Source: an uncultured Mollicutes bacterium
Lineage (GTDB): Bacteria; Bacillota_I; Bacilli_A; Acholeplasmatales; Anaeroplasmataceae
Reading direction: 5' to 3'
Length of the DNA stretch: 33,058 bases
NCBI GenBank assembly: GCA_900547045.1
Contig: URFB01000001.1
Location: 1 to 33,058, forward strand
Part shown: positions 15,285-23,446 of the stretch, piece after piece
Numbering within the stretch: position 1 is the first letter of the stretch
Layout: each line of letters starts with the position of its first letter
Translations under genes and position numbers: made by a program
The notes under the pieces: generated by a model
The model's database searches: none
Told to the model about the DNA's origin: nothing
Seen by the model: the letters and a program-made list of their open reading frames with translations, nothing else

Positions 15285-15322
15285 GACGAAGGGAAGAAAC
15301 AACCTTCAAGGAGGACACGAAG

Positions 15323-16285
15323 ATGAAAGAAAAAATTGAAAAGCAAATTGAAGAAATGAAGAAGCAAACAATCGGTGTTGAAATTGAAATGAACAACATC
15401 ACAAGAATGGATGCAGCAAAGGTGGTCGCAGCATACTTTGGAACAAGACCATGGTACGCAGCAAGAGATTATGGTTACGATGCTTGTGCTTGCAAGGATA
15501 GAAAAGATAGAGTTTGGAAGTTCCAAAAGGATGTATCAATTGCAGGACCTGATAGTGAAAAATGCGAAATGGTTACACCAATCTTAACCTACGATGACAT
15601 TGAGGACTTACAAGAGATTGTTAGAACATTAAGAAAAGCTGGAGCAAAAAGCGATGCTTCAAGAGGATGCGGAGTTCACATCCATGTAGGTGCTAACGGA
15701 CACACACCTAAAACCTTAAGAAACCTAACAAACATTATGGCTTCACACGAAAGCTTAATTATTGAAGCCTTAGGAATTGACAATTTTAGAATTGATAGAT
15801 ACTGCCAAACAGTAGACCCTAGATTCTTAAAAGCAGTCAACAAAAAGAAACCTCAAACAATGAGCCAATTTGCAGATGTTTGGTACGAAAGTCAAAATTG
15901 CGACTCAGGAAGAACAATGCATTACAATAGCAGCCGCTACCACATCCTAAACTTCCATGCAACATTCACAAAAGGAACAATTGAATTTAGATGCTTTGAA
16001 TTCAAGAGTCCAAAAGATGGAAAACAAAATGGACTTCACGCAGGACAATTAAAAAGCTACATTCAATTCTGCTTAGCCTTAAGCCAAATGGCAAAAGAGG
16101 TAAGCGGAGCTTCATCAAAACCTCAACAAAATGAAAACCCTAAATACGCAATGAGAACTTGGTTATTAAGACTAGGCTTCATTGGCGAGGAATTCAAAAC
16201 AGCAAGAGAAATATTAACGAAAAATTTAAGAGGAGATGCAAGCTTCAGAAGTGGGTTAAGACCTGCTCATCAAGCTGCAATCTAG
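15323..16285 (+). CDS. Amidoligase_2-type (glutamine-synthetase/GCS2-like fold) COOH-NH2 ligase
   Basis: Motif series GVEIEM, CEMVTP, GVHIHVG, YHILNFH, IEFRCFE matches the acidic/His/Arg active-site strands of the putative amidoligase family. 320 aa. Confidence 0.7.
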   Translation: MKEKIEKQIEEMKKQTIGVEIEMNNITRMDAAKVVAAYFGTRPWYAARDYGYDACACKDRKDRVWKFQKDVSIAGPDSEKCEMVTPILTYDDIEDLQEIVRTLRKAGAKSDASRGCGVHIHVGANGHTPKTLRNLTNIMASHESLIIEALGIDNFRIDRYCQTVDPRFLKAVNKKKPQTMSQFADVWYESQNCDSGRTMHYNSSRYHILNFHATFTKGTIEFRCFEFKSPKDGKQNGLHAGQLKSYIQFCLALSQMAKEVSGASSKPQQNENPKYAMRTWLLRLGFIGEEFKTAREILTKNLRGDASFRSGLRPAHQAAI

Positions 16286-16297
16286 GAGGTCAAAACA

Positions 16298-16774
16298 ATG
16301 GGAAAAATGTATTACTTAGCTTATGGTTCAAACCTTAATGTTGAACAAATGAAAAAGAGATGCCCTGATGCAGTGGTAGTAGGAACATCAGTTCTCGATG
16401 GCTACCGATTAATGTTTAAAGGAAGTAAAACAGGTTCATACCTTACTATTGAGAAAGCAAAAGGGCATCAAGTTCCTTTAGGAGTATGGGAGGTAAGCGA
16501 GCGTGACTTGGCAAGACTCGACGTTTACGAGGGCTACCCTGCGTTTTATTATCGAAAGCGAGTAAATGTGCCACTCAAAGATAAAAGCGGCACACAGGCC
16601 AACGTCGAAGGAATTATCTACATCATGCATGAAGATAGAAAGCTTGGATGTCCAACCAATTATTATTTTGATACTTGCCTTAAAGGTTATAACGACTTTG
16701 GTTTTGATATTGAAATTTTAATGGAAGCATTTATTTATAGTGTAGGAGTGGAGGTATTTAAAAATGGAAACTAG
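16298..16774 (+). CDS. Gamma-glutamylcyclotransferase-fold (AIG2/GGACT-like) protein
   Basis: N-terminal YLAYGSNL...RCP, GYRLMF, and LDVYEGYPAFYYRK containing the conserved catalytic Glu context. Confidence 0.75.
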   Translation: MGKMYYLAYGSNLNVEQMKKRCPDAVVVGTSVLDGYRLMFKGSKTGSYLTIEKAKGHQVPLGVWEVSERDLARLDVYEGYPAFYYRKRVNVPLKDKSGTQANVEGIIYIMHEDRKLGCPTNYYFDTCLKGYNDFGFDIEILMEAFIYSVGVEVFKNGN

Positions 16775-16967
16775 AGAGAACTTGATTAAAACTTGTCCTT
16801 TGTGTGAAAAGACTTATAAAGGGCATCCAGCAATTTCAAGGAAGGATAATGTTACACCGATATGTCCTACTTGTGGAACAAGAGAAGCCCTTGAAAGCAT
16901 GGGAATTTCTAAAGAGGAACAAGATAAAATTATTAATGTAATTCCAATTATGGATGAAGATAAATAA
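16764..16967 (+). CDS. Small 4-Cys zinc-ribbon protein
   Basis: CPLC...(22 aa)...CPTC. GGAGG lies upstream. It overlaps the GGCT gene end by 11 nt. Confidence 0.6.
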   Translation: METRENLIKTCPLCEKTYKGHPAISRKDNVTPICPTCGTREALESMGISKEEQDKIINVIPIMDEDK

Positions 16968-16993
16968 AAACGATTGCCAACAAAAGCCTCACA

Positions 16994-17014
16994 AACGGCC
17001 ACGTTGGCTTTTTT
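16994..17014 (+). terminator. Short terminator-like hairpin after the cassette
   Basis: GGCCA (16997-17001), loop CGT, TGGCT (17005-17009), then a T-run to 17014. The stem is short, hence modest confidence. Confidence 0.4.
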
Positions 17015-17093
17015 AGTCCTTGTTGGTTAATTGTTCGAAGAAGTAATAAAAAGCCAACACAGGCCAAACGTTCGAAGAAAGGATGAATACTAA

Positions 17094-17432
17094 ATGGATA
17101 AGAAAGAGTTAGCAATAAAAGAATACGAAAGATTAAAAAGTTTATTTGCAAATGCAGATGAAGCAAAGGTTAATCTAGTTGATGAGCTTTTAAAGAAAGC
17201 TGCTTTTTTAAAAATTGAACTTGACTCACTTGAAAATGGAATAAGAAGAAATGGTGTCATGCAGTTATCAAATAAAGGTAATGCAAGAATCACATTGTCC
17301 TATAAAGCATACCTTCAATCAATTTCTATTTACTCAAATATCATAAAAACACTAAATACCATACTTGGTGGAACTGAAGATGATGGTGATGATTCATTTG
17401 ATGAGTTCTTAAAGAAAGTGGAGGAAAGATAA
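17094..17432 (+). CDS. terS: Terminase small subunit (P27-family-like)
   Basis: 112 aa, helical. Sits in the HNH ... TerS ... Terminase_1 TerL ... HK97 portal arrangement. The pattern ...GIRRNGVMQLSNKGNARITLSYKAYLQS... resembles P27-type TerS. Confidence 0.6.
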   Translation: MDKKELAIKEYERLKSLFANADEAKVNLVDELLKKAAFLKIELDSLENGIRRNGVMQLSNKGNARITLSYKAYLQSISIYSNIIKTLNTILGGTEDDGDDSFDEFLKKVEER

Positions 17433-18595
17433 TGTATACAATTTACTGCAAAATAAATAATGATGGTACGATGACTTCAAAATCTATCTTACCACTTCAT
17501 GTTGGAACAAAAGGTGATAGAAATTGCACTAAAATTAAATGTGAAATTGGAAACTTGATCGAAGGAAGATATCAATATTTAAAATTCTATCATCCTAAAT
17601 CAACTGTCCTATTGAGGCTTTCAAATAATGAAGTTGTTATTCCTTCTAATGTTACTTCCATAGCTGGTAAGTGGCTTATTTCATTTATCTCATCAACAAA
17701 TTCAGTCAACTATTCCAGAGATACATTTGATTATTTGTTTTCAACGATTCCAATTGAAGCTGAAATAAGTAATGGCTTAATGGAAATTAATATTTTAAGT
17801 GAAAATGAGAAAAAGATTGAAGAACAACAATCACAAATTCAAAGTATGGAAATTTTAGAGAAAGATTTAATTTCAATGAATTTAAAAAAACTTGTTATTC
17901 CTGATTATATTGAATCAGTAGGTGACTATTTCCTCTATAACGGAAAAATGGTTGATGGTGAGATAACGATTGGAAAAAATGTCAAGAAGATTGGCTCCTA
18001 CACGTTCTACAACTGCGGGATAAAGAAGATAACGTTCGAAAGAGAATCAGGCCTTGAGATGCTCGACATCTATGCATTTAGCAGGATAGAGGCACCAACA
18101 CTGGATTTGCTGTTTCCAGCATCGTTGTCGGACTTTGGACATTACTGCTTCAAGGGTGCGAATGTTAGGGTGATACGTTTTGATGTGAATTCCAAAATCA
18201 CGACAATGTATGCGAACTCATTCAACACGGTAAATGCTACTGAGGTTTACCTTCCGGATCATTTGGAGAGATTTGCTGGAAACGGCTATGTCTTCAGGGA
18301 TTGCACAATAAAGTATCTTTGGATTCCAAACACTATCAAAACGATAATCCCACAAACGGCATTCTATAGTATGAAGAATCTATGGACGATCGAACTCCAA
18401 AATGGCTTTGACGTATCCGCAAACTTCGTGGCTTGCGTTGACTTGACTAAGCAGGCACTCGTTAACATGTTAACTGCACTAAGTGATAGGACTGGCAAGG
18501 ATAGCAGAGTACTTGCTATTGGTGAAACAAATTTAAAGAAACTATCCGATTCCGAGAAGGCTATTGCACTCAACAAGAATTGGACTTTGTCATAG
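17432..18595 (+). CDS. Two-part protein: BppU_N-like N-terminal region, short coiled coil, BspA-type leucine-rich repeats (LRR_5)
   Basis: Repeats of the type IPDYIESVGDYFLYN..., IGKNVKKIGSYTFYNCGIKKITF, LEMLDIYAFSR... are typical BspA-like LRRs. The N-terminus HVGTKGDRNCTKIKCEI...YQYLKFYHPKST weakly recalls BppU_N. Confidence 0.65.
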   Translation: MYTIYCKINNDGTMTSKSILPLHVGTKGDRNCTKIKCEIGNLIEGRYQYLKFYHPKSTVLLRLSNNEVVIPSNVTSIAGKWLISFISSTNSVNYSRDTFDYLFSTIPIEAEISNGLMEINILSENEKKIEEQQSQIQSMEILEKDLISMNLKKLVIPDYIESVGDYFLYNGKMVDGEITIGKNVKKIGSYTFYNCGIKKITFERESGLEMLDIYAFSRIEAPTLDLLFPASLSDFGHYCFKGANVRVIRFDVNSKITTMYANSFNTVNATEVYLPDHLERFAGNGYVFRDCTIKYLWIPNTIKTIIPQTAFYSMKNLWTIELQNGFDVSANFVACVDLTKQALVNMLTALSDRTGKDSRVLAIGETNLKKLSDSEKAIALNKNWTLS

Positions 18596-18604
18596 GAGGA
18601 CATT

Positions 18605-18760
18605 ATGGGAAATAAAGAACACAAAGCAAGTAAAGGTAAAGTATGGAAATCGAAAATTGATGGAGCGTACTTATCGGATTTGTTAATTTTAGGTAAAGAA
18701 GATTCAATCAATAACTACGAAGAGGTTGATCCACCAGTAATAGAAGATGATGAATCATGA
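18605..18760 (+). CDS. Hypothetical 51-aa protein (basic N-terminus, acidic C-terminus), below the ORF-track cutoff
   Basis: My own translation gives MGNKEHKASKGKVWKSKIDGAYLSDLLILGKEDSINNYEEVDPPVIEDDES. GGAGGA lies 5 nt upstream. Its stop overlaps the terL ATG (ATGA). Confidence 0.45.
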   Translation: MGNKEHKASKGKVWKSKIDGAYLSDLLILGKEDSINNYEEVDPPVIEDDES

Positions 18761-20397
18761 ATTATTTAAAAGAGTATTATTCTGAAATTCAAAAAGGAAA
18801 TATCATCATAGGAAATGAACTAAGGGTTATCTTAGATAGGTTAATAGCAGATTTAGATAATCCTAGATACACCTATGATGAAAAGCCTGGACAAATAAGA
18901 ATTGATTTCATTGAGACATTTTGTAAACATACTAAGTCACCATTCAATGGCCAACCTTTTATTCTTGAACTATGGGAAAAAGCAATGCTTCAAACTGCCT
19001 ATGGATTTAAGTTTAAAGATACAGGATTAAGAAGATTTAATGAGGTTATATTACTGATTGCTAGAAAGAATGGTAAGACAACGTTTGTTGCAGGTATTGA
19101 CCTTGCTGAATTTTTCTTATCTAAAGGTGGAGTTGATATTGTGTGTGCTTCGAACACAAATGATCAGGCTTCGATCCTTTTTGAAGAAATCAATAATATG
19201 AGAGAGCAGTCAAAGGCTCTTTCAAAAGCTAATCGAAGCAAGAAAAATATATTCTATATTTATTCACCAAGAAACAAAAATAAGATTAAAAAATTATCTG
19301 GTCAATCACGTAACTTGGATGGATATAACATAGAGGTTGGCTGTATTGATGAGGTGCATCAAATGACTGATTCAAAAGTATATGATGCAATTAAACAATC
19401 ACAATCAACTAAAGAAGAACCGCTGATTTTCATTATTACAACAGAAGGTAATGTAGTCGGTGGTTTTTTAGACAAAAAGCTCGAATATTGTAGAAAGATG
19501 ATAAAGAGTGAAATTACTGATGAGCGTGTGCTTCCTTGGCTTTATACTCAGGATAGTGAAAATGAAATCTATTCAGATAAATCATCATGGCAAAAATCAA
19601 ATCCATCCCTTGGTAAAGTAAAGACAGTACATTACCTTGAAGATATTATGAACAAAGCTAAAAATGATTTATCGACTAGACTTACAATGCTATGTAAAGA
19701 TTTCAATATTAAACAGCTTGAATCAGGTACTTGGTTAACCTTTGATGAGCTTAATAATGAAACTAAATTTGATATCGAAGAAATAAGAGATACCTACGCA
19801 GTTGCAGGTGTTGATTTATCTGCGACAACCGATTTAACAGCTGCAGTTATTGTAGTAGTTAAAAATGGTAAGAAGTATGTCCTTCCTCATTTCTTTATGC
19901 CAAGTGAAGTTTTACAGAAGCGAATTGAAGAAGATAGCGTTCCTTATGATATCTGGGTTAGAAAAGGATTTATAACACTAACTGAAGGAAGTAAAAATGA
20001 CTTTTCAAAGGTCACAGAATGGTTTTTACACCTTGTTAGAGATTATAAAATAAGACCTTTGTGGGTTGGTTATGATCCATGGAATTCACAATATTGGGTT
20101 GATGAAATGGAAGAAGCTGGCTTTACTTTAGAGAAGATAAGACAAGGTGTTTATACATTATCAGAACCAATGAAACAGCTAGAGGCTGACATCAAAAATA
20201 AGGATGTTATTTATGATAATAATCCAGTCTTAAAATGGTGCTTAGCTAATACTCAAGCAAAAGTAGATATCAATGGAAACATACAGCCAAGTAAGGTTAA
20301 TTCAAGGTTTAAACGAATAGATGGTGCAGTTGCATTAATCATCGCTTATGCAGTTTTGAATAGATACATAAAAGAGTATGAAAATATGCAAAGTTAG
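18757..20397 (+). CDS. terL: Terminase large subunit (Terminase_1 type)
   Basis: Walker A-like LIARKNGKTTF, Walker B VGCIDEVH, C-terminal RNaseH-like nuclease region. 546 aa. Followed by the portal gene. Confidence 0.9.
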   Translation: MNYLKEYYSEIQKGNIIIGNELRVILDRLIADLDNPRYTYDEKPGQIRIDFIETFCKHTKSPFNGQPFILELWEKAMLQTAYGFKFKDTGLRRFNEVILLIARKNGKTTFVAGIDLAEFFLSKGGVDIVCASNTNDQASILFEEINNMREQSKALSKANRSKKNIFYIYSPRNKNKIKKLSGQSRNLDGYNIEVGCIDEVHQMTDSKVYDAIKQSQSTKEEPLIFIITTEGNVVGGFLDKKLEYCRKMIKSEITDERVLPWLYTQDSENEIYSDKSSWQKSNPSLGKVKTVHYLEDIMNKAKNDLSTRLTMLCKDFNIKQLESGTWLTFDELNNETKFDIEEIRDTYAVAGVDLSATTDLTAAVIVVVKNGKKYVLPHFFMPSEVLQKRIEEDSVPYDIWVRKGFITLTEGSKNDFSKVTEWFLHLVRDYKIRPLWVGYDPWNSQYWVDEMEEAGFTLEKIRQGVYTLSEPMKQLEADIKNKDVIYDNNPVLKWCLANTQAKVDINGNIQPSKVNSRFKRIDGAVALIIAYAVLNRYIKEYENMQS

Positions 20398-20408
20398 GAG
20401 GAATAGTT

Positions 20409-21635
20409 GTGGGAATATTCAAAAGAAAAAATAAATCTAATAATCCTGTTACAGGTTTTAAGATGGTTCATGGAATAGAAGTTCCACTTATTCCTTTTGG
20501 TGATAATGTCCTCAAAAGTGATGTAGTCATGATTTGTATTGATAGGATAGCTTCACAATGTGCAAAGCTAAGAGGTAGATATATTAAAGTTGATGAAAAT
20601 GGAATTCAAACTGAGAAGAATGGACCTATTACCTTTTGCCTTAAAAGGAAACCTAATGAGCTTATGACTCCTTACCAGTTTTTGTACAAGGTGGTCTCGT
20701 TATTGCTACTTAATGATAATGCATTTGTGTATCCGCTTTACGATAAAAGTGATCTAACACTCAAAGGCTTGTATCCGATTAATCCGATAATCATTGAGCC
20801 AATTGAGTACGATGATGGAAGCCATACTTACAAGTTTTACTTTGAAGATGGCAGTAATTATGAAATACCTACTGAGAATGTAATTCATTTAAGAAGGTTC
20901 TATTATAAAAATGATTTTTTTGGTGGATCTAATTCTAGTGGTGACCATGAAGCATTGCTTAAGACAGTTAAAACTAATGATGCCTTGCTTCAAGGAGTAA
21001 ATGCTGCAATTCAAACATCATTTAAAATCAAAGGTATCTTGAAGATAAATGGAATGCTAAAAGAAGCAGATAAAATGAAGCAACTTGATGAATTTCAAAG
21101 AGCAATTTTAAAAGCTACTGAAGGTGATAGTTCAATTGTTCCTATGGATACAAAAGCTGAATATGTACCTTTAACAGCTGATCCAAAAGTGGTTGAATCA
21201 ACTACACTAGATTTCGTTCAAAGTAAGATACTTGATTATTATGGTGTTAGCAAAGCGGTGTTTTCAAATAATTATGATGAAAATGAATATAACTCATTTT
21301 ATGAGTCAACAATTGAGCCTTTAGCTATTCAACTTAGCGAGGCTTTTTCTTTGGGTTTACTTACCAATAACCAGCTTGAAAGAGGGGAAGAAATTATCTT
21401 TTTCTCTGAAAGATTACAGTACGCTTCTTGGAATACCAAAGTAGGAGCAATTGAAAAATTAATGGGATTAGGAATTATGAGTCTAAATGAATCGAGAGCT
21501 TTACTTGGACTTGAGCCAATTGAAGGTGGGGATAAGAGACTTCAATCTTTAAATTATGTCGATGCTTCAAAAGCTAATGTTTACCAAGTAGGCGAGAATG
21601 AAGGAGGAAATGAAAATGGACAAAACGAAAATTGA
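20409..21635 (+). CDS. Portal protein (HK97 family), GTG start
   Basis: 408 aa, position after terL, characteristic portal core with an acidic Gly/Asn/Glu-rich C-terminal tail. Confidence 0.85.
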   Translation: MGIFKRKNKSNNPVTGFKMVHGIEVPLIPFGDNVLKSDVVMICIDRIASQCAKLRGRYIKVDENGIQTEKNGPITFCLKRKPNELMTPYQFLYKVVSLLLLNDNAFVYPLYDKSDLTLKGLYPINPIIIEPIEYDDGSHTYKFYFEDGSNYEIPTENVIHLRRFYYKNDFFGGSNSSGDHEALLKTVKTNDALLQGVNAAIQTSFKIKGILKINGMLKEADKMKQLDEFQRAILKATEGDSSIVPMDTKAEYVPLTADPKVVESTTLDFVQSKILDYYGVSKAVFSNNYDENEYNSFYESTIEPLAIQLSEAFSLGLLTNNQLERGEEIIFFSERLQYASWNTKVGAIEKLMGLGIMSLNESRALLGLEPIEGGDKRLQSLNYVDASKANVYQVGENEGGNENGQNEN

Positions 21636-22221
21636 AAACAGACTAGCGGATGTCGAGTTCAAGGAATCAGAAGATAACAAAATGGTCCTTGAAGGATATG
21701 CAATGGTGTTTAATCAGGAGACACTTATTGGTGATGAAGAAAACGGATTTATTGAGTCAATCGATAGAAACGCATTAGCAAATGCCAATTTAAAAGATGT
21801 CCCTATGAAATATAACCATAATGATTCGTTTTTGATTATTGCAAGAACACGTAATAATTCTTTACAGCTTATGGTTGATGAAATTGGTTTAAAGGTTCGA
21901 GCAGAACTCATTGATACAGAATCTAACAAGGATATCTATAAGATGGTTCGAGCAGGACTTTTAGATAAAATGAGCTTCGCATTTACCGTTAGCTCTCAGA
22001 AGATTGATCGAAGTGGCAGCATTCCAAAAAGGACTATCACAGGTATTGATAGACTTTATGATGTGAGTGTTGTCGATTTACCTGCTTATGATCAAACTTC
22101 AATAGTTGTCGGTCGCTCCTTAGCTTTGGTGGATACTGAGCTTAAGGCCATGGATATGGAAAAGGCAAAGAAGGAAGCAGAAATCTTAAAATTAAAAATT
22201 CATATTAAAACAAATTATTAG
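21616..22221 (+). CDS. Prohead maturation protease (HK97 / S78 family)
   Basis: Lies between the portal and capsid genes. VPMKYNHN (catalytic His context). Start set at the ATG at 21616, 8 nt after AAGGAGG. Confidence 0.8.
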   Translation: MDKTKIENRLADVEFKESEDNKMVLEGYAMVFNQETLIGDEENGFIESIDRNALANANLKDVPMKYNHNDSFLIIARTRNNSLQLMVDEIGLKVRAELIDTESNKDIYKMVRAGLLDKMSFAFTVSSQKIDRSGSIPKRTITGIDRLYDVSVVDLPAYDQTSIVVGRSLALVDTELKAMDMEKAKKEAEILKLKIHIKTNY

Positions 22222-22234
22222 GAGGATTAAAAAG

Positions 22235-23386
22235 ATGAATTTAATGGCAAGAATGAGTGAAATTAACTCAAGATTAAATGAAATTAGAAGTGCATCAGAA
22301 AAAGAAACTGATGTTGAAAAATTGGCTTCAATGAGTAAGGAATGTGACTCACTTCAAGAAGAAAGAAAACAGCTTGAATCAAAGATGAACATTATGAACA
22401 AAACTGAAATGAAGCCTTTTAAAATGGAGGAAAATTCAATGAATAAAGAAATGCTAGAAAAGCGTGGTGTTGATTTAAAGGAAAAGAGAACTATCACTGT
22501 ATCTAGTGATGAGATTTTACTTCCTAACCATGTCGATAATAACTTAGCACCAGTTCCTTATGCTGAAGTTTCAACTTTAGTAGATAAAGTACATGTTGTT
22601 AATTTAGTCGGTGGTGAAACTTATACAAAGAGCTTTGTAAAATCTCATGGTGAAGCAGGCCTTACTGGTGAAGGTGAAGCCTACAATGAAACTGAACCTA
22701 AATTTGGTTATTGCACTATCACTAAGGTTAAGGTTACAGCTTATACTGAAATCACTGAAGAACTTGAAAAATTACCTGCAATTCCATACCAAGCAGAAGT
22801 TTTAAAGAATATCAATGTTTCTTTAAGAAAGAAGATCTCTCAACAAATCTTACATGGCCTTGGAACATCAAATACTTTTACAGGTATTTTCTCTGATAAG
22901 GCAGTCGCTTTGGCTGATTCAAAACCACTTGAAATTACTGAAATCACAGATTCGACTCTTGATGACATTGTATTTGCTTATGGTGGTGATGAAGAAGTTG
23001 AAGGTGGAGCAGTCTTAATTTTAAACAAAAATGATTTAAGAGCATTTGCTAAATTAAGAACTCCTGAAGGAAGAAAGGTACACACAATTGATTACAAGGC
23101 AGGAACTATTGATGGTATTCCTTATATCATTAATTCAAACTGTAAGGCAATTAGTGATCCAAATACTTCAGCAGGAGATTATTGCTTAGCTTATGGAGCA
23201 TTAACTAATTATGAAGTACCAGTATTCTCAGCAGTTGAGATTGCTAAATCAAGTGATTACAAATTTAAAGATGGCATCATTTGCTATAAATCATCTGTAT
23301 TCACTGGTGGTAATGTTGTAGGTTTCAATGGCTTCTTAAGAATTAAAAAGAAAGCTGCTGAAGTTAAATCTACATCATCAAAGTAG
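22235..23386 (+). CDS. Major capsid protein (HK97 fold) with an N-terminal coiled-coil delta domain
   Basis: 383 aa, coiled-coil N-terminus, position after the protease, typical HK97-family length and pattern. Confidence 0.85.
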   Translation: MNLMARMSEINSRLNEIRSASEKETDVEKLASMSKECDSLQEERKQLESKMNIMNKTEMKPFKMEENSMNKEMLEKRGVDLKEKRTITVSSDEILLPNHVDNNLAPVPYAEVSTLVDKVHVVNLVGGETYTKSFVKSHGEAGLTGEGEAYNETEPKFGYCTITKVKVTAYTEITEELEKLPAIPYQAEVLKNINVSLRKKISQQILHGLGTSNTFTGIFSDKAVALADSKPLEITEITDSTLDDIVFAYGGDEEVEGGAVLILNKNDLRAFAKLRTPEGRKVHTIDYKAGTIDGIPYIINSNCKAISDPNTSAGDYCLAYGALTNYEVPVFSAVEIAKSSDYKFKDGIICYKSSVFTGGNVVGFNGFLRIKKKAAEVKSTSSK

Positions 23387-23446
23387 GTTAAACAGATGGT
23401 CGTTTAAAGGTTGATGGAGTTTTCTGAAGCTTAACTAAGTAAGAAA

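Noticed and set aside
15179-15526. 115-aa minus-strand ORF spanning the third promoter element and the amidoligase start
   Set aside because: It is antisense to two supported genes and their regulatory region. The product is Cys/Phe-rich and low-complexity, and there is no SD.
16814-17293. Minus-strand ORFs 16814..17002, 16948..17166 and 17090..17293
   Set aside because: They are antisense to the zinc-ribbon gene, the terS spacer and terS. They have no SDs and encode hydrophobic low-complexity products.
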